A program made the translations under genes and the position numbers. From IMG/VR virus record IMGVR_UViG_3300029431_000015: 35,770 nt of DNA. One strand, 5' to 3'. The stretch's first letter is position 1. Every line of letters begins with the position of its first letter. This stretch comes from a virus. Positions 16,918 through 22,951 of this stretch are shown one piece after another. The notes beneath the pieces are model-generated. The model was given only the letters and a program-made list of their open reading frames with translations, was not told the origin of the DNA and made no database searches.

Positions 16918-17151
16918 TTATTGTCCGTCCTCGTCTGTCAGCTCAAAAAGCAGCTTGCCTGTCAAAGACCAATACTGAATGACCTCTCTACAGGGGTCAT
17001 CTTCTGTTCCTGCACCTTTCAAGGCTCTTGTTACGATCACCTGCTCAACTCTGGCATTGTCACACCCTCTTGGAATAGCAGTAATTTTCTGTTTCACTTT
17101 CTCACACCTCTCATTTTCTGTCCGTTCAATCGGACTGTTAGCTGTTGACAT
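16918..17151 (-). CDS. Hypothetical protein (77 aa)
   Basis: ATG at 17151 (MSTANSPIERT...) overlaps the end of the cro-like gene. The track start at 17253 lies inside cro. Confidence 0.55.
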   Translation of the reverse strand: MSTANSPIERTENERCEKVKQKITAIPRGCDNARVEQVIVTRALKGAGTEDDPCREVIQYWSLTGKLLFELTDEDGQ

Positions 17152-17413
17152 TTTCAGCGTTCTGAGTATAATTAATGTCAAGAGATTCATTATACGCAAT
17201 CTTGTCTGTAAGTGCTTTCTCCTGCTGTACGATCTCATTGAAAGACACTCCAAAAATGTCAGATAACTTTGTCATAAGCGTTATGTCCATTTTCTTTTGT
17301 CTTTCATGAGCTTCGATTAGTTGGTAATACTGTTTTGATATTCCAAGCATATCGGCAACATTCTGTTGAGTAAGCTGCTTGTTTTCACGGAGAGTTTTTA
17401 ACCATTCTCTCAT
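17138..17413 (-). CDS. Cro-like XRE-family HTH regulator
   Basis: HTH_3 pattern LTQQNVADMLGISKQYYQLIE. ATG at 17413 is preceded by AGGAGGTG. It is divergent from the repressor gene. Confidence 0.75.
   Translation of the reverse strand: MREWLKTLRENKQLTQQNVADMLGISKQYYQLIEAHERQKKMDITLMTKLSDIFGVSFNEIVQQEKALTDKIAYNESLDINYTQNAENVNS
17145..17172 (+). promoter_or_regulatory. Exact consensus promoter TTGACA-16-TATAAT, antisense to cro and directed toward the repressor gene
   Basis: TTGACA at 17145..17150 and TATAAT at 17167..17172. Confidence 0.5.
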
Positions 17414-17448
17414 TTGTTTCACCTCCTTGTAAACGTTTTGTTGTCTAT

Positions 17449-17477
17449 ATAATAACATATAAAAGCTCAAATGTCAA
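17449..17477 (-). promoter_or_regulatory. Early lytic promoter (cro operon), TTGACA-17-TATTAT
   Basis: On the minus strand TTGACA lies at 17477..17472 and TATTAT at 17454..17449, about 35 nt upstream of the cro RBS. Confidence 0.7.
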
Positions 17478-17569
17478 CACTTTGTTGCTAAATTAAATAA
17501 ATTTGTGAGTTTTCAATAAATTCAGACAACAATTTGATGACACTATTGACAAGTCAACAGAAAGTTGAT
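17472..17569. promoter_or_regulatory. Operator-like imperfect inverted repeats of the immunity switch
   Basis: GTCAACA-N4-GTTG(A) units lie at about 17472..17488 and 17553..17569, and a weaker one at about 17524..17541. They overlap the -35 of the cro promoter and the spacer of the repressor promoter. Confidence 0.55.
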
Positions 17570-17574
17570 ATAAT
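17546..17574 (+). promoter_or_regulatory. Repressor promoter, exact TTGACA-17-TATAAT
   Basis: TTGACA at 17546..17551 and TATAAT at 17569..17574. Confidence 0.75.
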
Positions 17575-17601
17575 TTAATCAATGACAAGGAGTTGAAAAA
17601 T

Positions 17602-17934
17602 ATGTATAACGATATATTAAGACAGCTAAGAAACGAAAAAGGAGTATCTCAACAGGTTGTAGCTGATTATCTTAATATCACTAAACAGGCATACAGTTTG
17701 TATGAATTAGGAAAGCGAGAGCCTGATTTTGAAACATTATTGAAATTAGGTGAATACTTTGACGTTTCCACCGATTATATTCTCAGGGGTGAAAAGACCG
17801 AAGACGACACCGATGATAACATCAAGTTCGCCCTATGGGGAACATCAGACGTTGATGATGATGTGTTGGCAGATGTAAAACATTACGCTCAGATAGCACG
17901 TCAGATGAGAGAGGATAAAAAGAACAAAGAATAG
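17602..17934 (+). CDS. XRE-family phage repressor (CI/ImmR-like)
   Basis: HTH_3 pattern VSQQVVADYLNITKQAYSLYELGKREP. ATG at 17602 lies 9 nt after AAGGAG. The track start at 17593 is a TTG abutting the RBS. Confidence 0.8.
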   Translation: MYNDILRQLRNEKGVSQQVVADYLNITKQAYSLYELGKREPDFETLLKLGEYFDVSTDYILRGEKTEDDTDDNIKFALWGTSDVDDDVLADVKHYAQIARQMREDKKNKE

Positions 17935-17945
17935 AGGCGGTACAT

Positions 17946-18359
17946 ATGGATAGTGCTGAACTACGCAGCTTTGCGGAGGACAGGGACATTATAGTTATCG
18001 ACGGAAAATTAAGAAATGAGCAGAAGTCCATATCCATTAGCGATAGAGGGCAATGTGCGATTGTGGTAGACCCTAAGAAAATCGCCACGAGAGCAGAAGA
18101 AACTGTCATAATGGCTCACGAGCTGGGGCATTGTGAAACAGGTGCATTTTATAACGAAAGAACGCTGGAGCTTCGTTCTCGAATGGAGTTTCGTGCGGAT
18201 AAATGGGCAATAAAAAAGCTCGTCACAGAGGACGAGCTGATAGAAGCATTTGAAAATGGTATCCTTGAAATATGGGAACTTGCCGAGTTCTTCGGTGTGA
18301 CCGAAGATTTTATGGTCAAGGTCTGTGAATTGTACGGATATTATAACAGGGTGATATAA
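17946..18359 (+). CDS. ImmA/IrrE-family metallopeptidase (anti-repressor protease)
   Basis: It has an HEXXH motif (MAHELGHC). At 137 aa it lies immediately downstream of the XRE repressor, as in ImmR/ImmA modules. Confidence 0.8.
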   Translation: MDSAELRSFAEDRDIIVIDGKLRNEQKSISISDRGQCAIVVDPKKIATRAEETVIMAHELGHCETGAFYNERTLELRSRMEFRADKWAIKKLVTEDELIEAFENGILEIWELAEFFGVTEDFMVKVCELYGYYNRVI

Positions 18360-18426
18360 AAAAAGTCCCTGTCAGCACCGCAAATACTGGCAGGGATAAC
18401 ACACAGAAATTTTTCTGTATGGTTAC
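18357..18426 (-). ncRNA. Candidate small RNA A (about 68 nt), an orphan promoter-to-terminator unit
   Basis: It lies downstream of the 18461..18433 promoter. It contains the hairpin ACAGAAA-AA-UUUCUGU and a terminator UCCCUGCCAG-N11-CUGACAGGGA followed by CUUUUUUU. There is no ORF. Confidence 0.4.
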
Positions 18427-18432
18427 AAATAC

Positions 18433-18461
18433 ATTATATCACCAATTTAAGACATTGTAAA
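18433..18461 (-). promoter_or_regulatory. Promoter TTTACA-17-TATAAT with a TG extended -10
   Basis: On the minus strand TTTACA lies at 18461..18456 and TGATATAAT ends at 18433. Confidence 0.45.
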
Positions 18462-18511
18462 TGATTTCAATAAATTGTTTACAAAAGTCGGTTTATAGGG
18501 AGGAAAAAAAT

Positions 18512-18904
18512 ATGACTTGTCCAAATTGTAAAGGCGAAAACGCACCAGGCGTAGCAGTATGTGAATATTGCGGTCACGAACTGCCGCAGCCGCAGAAAAT
18601 TGATAACCACGTTGAGCATAACAGCAATATCGTTCAGCACATCACATACGTTACAAACGTCCAGCAGGTCGCACCGCAAGCTCCTGTTGAGCAGATAAGC
18701 CCTAAGAGCAAAAGCACAGCTGAAATACTTTGCCTGCTGACCTTTTTAGGCTTGGGTGGTTTGAACAGATTTTATGTAGGCAAAGCTGGCACAGGTTTGC
18801 TGTACTTCTTTACTTTCGGAGGTTTCTTTATTGGAGCAATAGTTGATATGATAAATTTGTTTCAGGGAAACTTCACTGACGCTCAGGGCAGAGTGTTAAA
18901 ATAA
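18512..18904 (+). CDS. Zinc-ribbon plus TM2-domain membrane protein
   Basis: The N-terminus has CPNC...CEYC. The C-terminus LCLLTFLGLGGLNRFYVGKAGTGLLYFFTFGGFFIGAIVD is a typical TM2 domain. ATG at 18512 follows GGGAGG. Confidence 0.75.
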   Translation: MTCPNCKGENAPGVAVCEYCGHELPQPQKIDNHVEHNSNIVQHITYVTNVQQVAPQAPVEQISPKSKSTAEILCLLTFLGLGGLNRFYVGKAGTGLLYFFTFGGFFIGAIVDMINLFQGNFTDAQGRVLK

Positions 18905-18947
18905 AATCCCCTGCTGATACTTCAAATATCAATTAGGAGAAACGTAT

Positions 18948-19976
18948 ATGGGTAAAAAGAAACGCAAATCAGAGCCAGGCTGCATTGCCACTATATTCGG
19001 CTACACAATATTAGCTTGTATTGTATTTACTATTTTTAATTTAGCCAAAACACATCTCTCTACTAAAGCCAAAATAATCATTTTATCGGTTATTGGCATA
19101 CTTCTTATTCTCAAAATATTCGGATTTTTTAATCGAAAATATACAATGTCTCAGCTTGATAATATGGAAGGTCATAGATTCGAATTTGCTTGTGCTGATA
19201 TCTTGAAGATGAACGGCTTTTATGACGTAAAAGTTACACAAGGCTCTGGAGACTATGGCGTCGACATTATTGCAAGAAAAGGTATGCGAAAATATGCTAT
19301 ACAATGTAAATGCTATAGCCACAAACTTGACAATAAACCTATACAAGAAGTAATTGGCGGACTTGCATATTATGGTTGTAATAAAGGCGTTGTTATGACA
19401 AATCAATACTTTACTGAGCCGGCAAAACAGTTAGCAAAAGTTAATGGAATAGAGCTATGGGACAGAAATGTTTTGTCTCATATGACCAAAAGAACAAGCA
19501 AAATAAAAATGCGTCTCAAAAAGGAAGAGCATTTACAAGAGCATAATCCTTCTTCCAAAGCAAAGCAACCAGTTACCGAAACCAACAGCTTTCAAATTTA
19601 TTCTACCCCTAAATATGCAGAAAAAGCTACAATGATGAATGACCTTGATGATTACCCCCGTATTTGTAAAAAGTTCATGAAAGAAAATGCCGAATATATA
19701 GTCTGCTACTATAAAACGACTTTTGATGTAGTTCTAAAATTAGAAAAGATAGATGTTTTATACAAGCAAAATTCAGTTTCATTCGAGTTCTTGCATACGC
19801 CGCAACTTCCTGTAAGCAAGCTAAAAAAGTCGCTTAAAGACTTATCAGAATACATAAGCATTGATAATATTTCATTGCATTCATCTTGCACTACTCCTGG
19901 CTGCTTTGCAATACAAATGCCAATGCCTGATTACTTGGCTAAAACATCCAGGTTTATTGATAAAAATAGTAAATAA
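18948..19976 (+). CDS. Membrane-anchored Mrr_cat-type restriction endonuclease-like protein with an uncharacterised C-terminal domain
   Basis: It has two N-terminal hydrophobic helices. The nuclease core is FEFACADILKMNGF...GSGDYGVDIIA...AIQCKCY (D...QxK). A further 150 aa or so are of unknown function. Confidence 0.7.
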   Translation: MGKKKRKSEPGCIATIFGYTILACIVFTIFNLAKTHLSTKAKIIILSVIGILLILKIFGFFNRKYTMSQLDNMEGHRFEFACADILKMNGFYDVKVTQGSGDYGVDIIARKGMRKYAIQCKCYSHKLDNKPIQEVIGGLAYYGCNKGVVMTNQYFTEPAKQLAKVNGIELWDRNVLSHMTKRTSKIKMRLKKEEHLQEHNPSSKAKQPVTETNSFQIYSTPKYAEKATMMNDLDDYPRICKKFMKENAEYIVCYYKTTFDVVLKLEKIDVLYKQNSVSFEFLHTPQLPVSKLKKSLKDLSEYISIDNISLHSSCTTPGCFAIQMPMPDYLAKTSRFIDKNSK

Positions 19977-20086
19977 AAAATCTCGCCCCCAAGTGCTACC
20001 AACACTCAGAGGCGAGCAGAGCGGATACTACCAATATCAGCTCAAAAATTCACACCCAAACTAGTTAATAAAGGGCGAATTCTGCC
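19977..20086 (-). ncRNA. Candidate small RNA B (about 105 nt), an orphan promoter-to-terminator unit
   Basis: It lies downstream of the 20120..20092 promoter. It ends at a 14-bp hairpin (19981..20015) followed by AUUUUUUAUUU on the minus strand. No RBS or ORF is present. Confidence 0.45.
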
Positions 20087-20096
20087 CTTTTATTGT
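20070..20096 (+). terminator. Intrinsic terminator after the Mrr-like gene
   Basis: AAGGGC-GAATTCT-GCCCTT is followed by TTATTG. Confidence 0.5.
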
Positions 20097-20120
20097 AGCA
20101 CACTTTCTAGGAAGTGTCAA
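20092..20120 (-). promoter_or_regulatory. Promoter TTGACA-17-TACAAT with a TG extended -10, divergent from and overlapping the int RBS region
   Basis: On the minus strand TTGACA lies at 20120..20115 and TGCTACAAT ends at 20092. Confidence 0.5.
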
Positions 20121-20135
20121 GAATAGGAGGAATAT

Positions 20136-21317
20136 ATGCTATGTAAAAAATGCCGTAAGGAAATTCCTGACGGCTCTATTTATTGCAACTACTGTGGCAA
20201 GAAGCAGGAAACTACCAAAAGAAAAACACGTCGCAGAGCAAGAGGAACAGGCACGATAAGATACAAGCCTGAATACAAAAACCGCCCATATGTGGTTTTC
20301 AGCCCTCGAACAACGTCCGGCACAGGTGAAAAGTACATCGGCTGCTTCAAAACGGCAGCAGAGGCACAAGCCGCACTTGATAGTTACTTCAACTCTACGC
20401 ACATAGATCACTCCAGCCTAACTCTTGCACAAGCGTATGAGAATTGGAGTTCCGAGCATTTTGAAAGCCTTACAAAGAGTGGTGAGCAGGGCTACAAGAC
20501 CGCATGGAGATACCTTGATAGTATCGCAGGCAGGAAGATGTCAGAGCTTAAAACAGCAGATTATCAGAGGTGCATAACCGAATGTGCCAAACGTTTCAGC
20601 CGTTCGCAATGTGCAAAAATCAAGCAGCTATGCTCACAGCTCTGTAAGTACGCCGCCCAAAATGACATCATAGACAAAAACTATGCTGAATACATAACAC
20701 TTCCAAAAGAGGTTAAGAAAGAGAAAAGAATTTTTACAGCGGAAGAGCTTGAAAAGCTGTGGAAACACTCTTCGGATAGATCTGTCCAAGTCATTTTGTT
20801 TATGATCTACACAGGCTTTCGTATCGGTGAGGTGTTCACGATACTTAAAAAGAATGTCCACCTTGCCGAGAACTACATGATCGGCGGCATCAAGACCGAA
20901 GCGGGCAAGGACAGACTTGTGCCGTTTCCGTCACAGATACCCGAAATAAAGACGTTTGTACAAGATTGGTACAATGAAAGCAAGACAGATTTTTTGCTGA
21001 ATGGAGATGTAAACAATTTCAGAAAACGCAATTTTTACCCTGCACTTGCCGAATGCGGTGTGATACCTGAGCCGACAGTTACAGAGCTAAAAAGCGGCAA
21101 AACGACAAAGAAATATGACACAGAGATAACGCCACATTGTTGCCGTCACACTTTCGCCACCCTCTCAGCAGATTGCGGTATGCAGCCCGAAAAATTACAA
21201 CGTATCATCGGTCATGCCAAGTATGAAACAACGGCAGATATATACAATCACTCAGGGCAGGACGCAAAAGCACTAGCGGAAGAAATGTCAAAGTTAAGAA
21301 AGCCAGTGGAACATTAG
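20136..21317 (+). CDS. int: Tyrosine integrase with an N-terminal zinc ribbon
   Basis: The C-terminal catalytic region is HCCRHTFATL...GHAKYETTADIYNH (R, HxxR, Y). RBS AGGAGG. The N-terminus has CKKC...CNYC. Confidence 0.9.
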   Translation: MLCKKCRKEIPDGSIYCNYCGKKQETTKRKTRRRARGTGTIRYKPEYKNRPYVVFSPRTTSGTGEKYIGCFKTAAEAQAALDSYFNSTHIDHSSLTLAQAYENWSSEHFESLTKSGEQGYKTAWRYLDSIAGRKMSELKTADYQRCITECAKRFSRSQCAKIKQLCSQLCKYAAQNDIIDKNYAEYITLPKEVKKEKRIFTAEELEKLWKHSSDRSVQVILFMIYTGFRIGEVFTILKKNVHLAENYMIGGIKTEAGKDRLVPFPSQIPEIKTFVQDWYNESKTDFLLNGDVNNFRKRNFYPALAECGVIPEPTVTELKSGKTTKKYDTEITPHCCRHTFATLSADCGMQPEKLQRIIGHAKYETTADIYNHSGQDAKALAEEMSKLRKPVEH

Positions 21318-21325
21318 TGGAACAT
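21305..21325 (+). repeat. Two tandem copies of AGTGGAACAT (candidate integrase arm-type sites); a third copy lies at 21514..21523
   Basis: Exact 10-mers at 21305..21314, 21316..21325 and 21514..21523 flank the tRNA-like core. Confidence 0.5.
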
Positions 21326-21365
21326 TTCACCGATAAGCGCCGATTTTACGGCATTTCTTGATTGG

Positions 21366-21410
21366 TTGGTAAGGACGAGGTCACCGGTTCAAGCCCGGTT
21401 AGCAGCTCCA
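21366..21410 (+). other. attP core: 3' portion of a tRNA-Thr(GGU) gene (anticodon loop through CCA)
   Basis: TTGGTAA-GGACG-AGGTC-ACCGG-TTCAAGC-CCGGT-TAGCAGC-T-CCA reads as anticodon loop (GGT), 3' anticodon stem, variable loop, T arm, 3' acceptor strand and CCA. The 5' half is absent and the upstream sequence is not complementary. It lies directly downstream of int. Confidence 0.6.
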
Positions 21411-21412
21411 GC

Positions 21413-21470
21413 AAAACAGCTATTAAATTGCGTAAATGCGTGGTTTGATAGCTGTTTTTGTTTTGTGTGA
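21413..21470 (+). terminator. Hairpin with a T-run downstream of the tRNA fragment
   Basis: AAACAGCTAT...ATAGCTGTTT (10 bp, long loop) is followed by TTGTTTTG. Confidence 0.45.
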
Positions 21471-21566
21471 TGTTCTGTGATATTCCTTGAAAATTTACGA
21501 TAAGGGACTATGTAGTGGAACATAGATTATGATGTCAAAGCTTTTTTTCGTGCAAGAATTGTATAG

Positions 21567-21607
21567 CAAAAAAAACAGCCGACAGAGAATAATAACTCTG
21601 TCGGCTT
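21567..21607 (-). terminator. Intrinsic terminator ending the hicA-hicB-secB-like operon
   Basis: On the minus strand AGCCGACAGAG-UUAUUAUU-CUCUGUCGGCU is followed by GUUUUUUUU. Confidence 0.75.
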
Positions 21608-21610
21608 TGA

Positions 21611-22039
21611 TCAAGCTTCATCATCCGTAACATCAGTCGAATCAACAAATTCACATGGTGTTAGTAGCGGTGGCATAAATGCCGCTTTCGTTAATTGTGA
21701 AATAACAAAAACAGATTCTGCGATTGAAGTAAAACATAAAGTATTAATTTCCTCGTTATTCCAATTATCGATTTTTTCAACTAATTGCGGAAAATTTTCT
21801 TCTTTAATATCCCATGAAACTAAATATTCAACTGTAATAGCAAAAAGCTGCGGTGGATTCATTGAAATATTTCTGGAAAATACAACTAATAATTTATCAC
21901 CTGATTTACTGAGTTTAGAATGAAAATTATCTGCTACATCAACATTTAATTCATCATTTTCAGTATCTGTTGGTAAGGACTTATATTCAATTTTTTTGAG
22001 AGACAGCTGCGGATTGCTTATAATTTCCTGTAAAACCAT
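21611..22039 (-). CDS. SecB-like chaperone candidate (142 aa, acidic C-terminus)
   Basis: ATG at 22039 follows GGAGGTG. The C-terminal region ISQLTKAAFMPPLLTPCEF parallels E. coli SecB [20 protein letters not shown]. The N-terminal LSLKKIEYKSL parallels FQIQRIYTKDI. It has an acidic tail. The alignment was done by eye only. Confidence 0.5.
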   Translation of the reverse strand: MVLQEIISNPQLSLKKIEYKSLPTDTENDELNVDVADNFHSKLSKSGDKLLVVFSRNISMNPPQLFAITVEYLVSWDIKEENFPQLVEKIDNWNNEEINTLCFTSIAESVFVISQLTKAAFMPPLLTPCEFVDSTDVTDDEA

Positions 22040-22529
22040 TAAATACACCTCCGTTATATGACAAAAAAGTTCTATGACCAACCATTGATCTACTTGTGTT
22101 AACTTTTTCAAAAGCTCTTTCTATATTGGCGGCCTTACAACCTACGGAAAGTACCGGAGAATACATTTTTAAACACTCACTAAATCCGCTTGCTTTTCCT
22201 ACAAATTTACTAAGAGCCAAGTTGATACATTGGTTAATGCTAACGCCCTCAATAATTGAAAGTTCAGCAATTTCACGATGCAAAGACTTTGGTATTCTCA
22301 GTAAAATTTTGCCGCTATATTCAATATTTTTAGTAACGATTTCTTCTGGAATTGGTATGCCATACTTTTTTGAAGTTTTAATGCACTCCTGCTCCAATTC
22401 TTCAAAAAGCTTTAATGCTTCATCTACAGTTTCGCCTTGAGCCACGCAACCTTTTAAGCATTTGCTCTTAATACAATAGAACTCGTGCCCCTCAACTTCC
22501 ATTTTTTGAACATCAAATCCATATCTCAT
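21987..22529 (-). CDS. hicB: HicB-family antitoxin with a C-terminal extension of about 65 aa
   Basis: It has an N-terminal HicB-like domain and an RHH segment, GKILLRIPKSLHREIAELSIIEGVSINQCINLAL. The 4-nt overlap with hicA is typical. The extension overlaps the next gene by 53 nt. Confidence 0.75.
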   Translation of the reverse strand: MRYGFDVQKMEVEGHEFYCIKSKCLKGCVAQGETVDEALKLFEELEQECIKTSKKYGIPIPEEIVTKNIEYSGKILLRIPKSLHREIAELSIIEGVSINQCINLALSKFVGKASGFSECLKMYSPVLSVGCKAANIERAFEKVNTSRSMVGHRTFLSYNGGVFNGFTGNYKQSAAVSQKN

Positions 22530-22777
22530 GTTAATTCCTCCCTTATCATATCAAGCAAATCCTTCAACTGCTTTATGTAAACCTCGCCAACACATTTTCC
22601 GTGTTTTGGAACGGGTATTACATAACCTAATTTAGGATAAACAATTTTGGGATGATTTCCACCACTATCTAAAATACAACCGAAATGCGTCATTACACTA
22701 ACTACTTCATCGAACGTTATATCATTAGGTATAGGTTTATTATAAAACTTTTTCATTGCCTTATCAATTTTTGACAA
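22526..22777 (-). CDS. hicA: HicA-family mRNA interferase toxin
   Basis: It is 83 aa with the HicA-like pattern ...GCILDSGGNHPKIVYP...VPVPKHGK. It is translationally coupled to hicB. The start is TTG 22777 or ATG 22756. Confidence 0.7.
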   Translation of the reverse strand: MSKIDKAMKKFYNKPIPNDITFDEVVSVMTHFGCILDSGGNHPKIVYPKLGYVIPVPKHGKCVGEVYIKQLKDLLDMIREELT

Positions 22778-22805
22778 ATTACAAGCACCGCCTCAAAAGC
22801 TCAAT

Positions 22806-22846
22806 ATGATATTATATATAATATCATTGGTTGAATCGTTTGTCAA
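22806..22846 (-). promoter_or_regulatory. hicAB promoter TTGACA-17-TATTAT overlapped by a perfect 22-bp palindrome (operator)
   Basis: On the minus strand TTGACA lies at 22846..22841 and TATTAT at 22823..22818. The palindrome ATGATATTATATATAATATCAT lies at 22806..22827. Confidence 0.7.
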
Positions 22847-22899
22847 TAGGTTTTATTAAAATAATATGAAAAAAATAATGGCATTTATTCCTTAAGAAC

Positions 22900-22942
22900 A
22901 AAAAAACAGCCGCCTCAGACCCATAAAAGTCCGAGACGGCTG
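22900..22942 (-). terminator. Intrinsic terminator after the lysis cassette
   Basis: On the minus strand CAGCCGUCUCGGAC-N8-GUCUGAGGCGGCUG is followed by UUUUUUU. Confidence 0.75.
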
Positions 22943-22951
22943 AAATTCTAC

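Noticed and set aside
17593-17601. A TTG start for the repressor as given by the ORF track
   Set aside because: The TTG directly abuts the AAGGAG RBS with no spacer. The ATG at 17602 has a 9-nt spacing.
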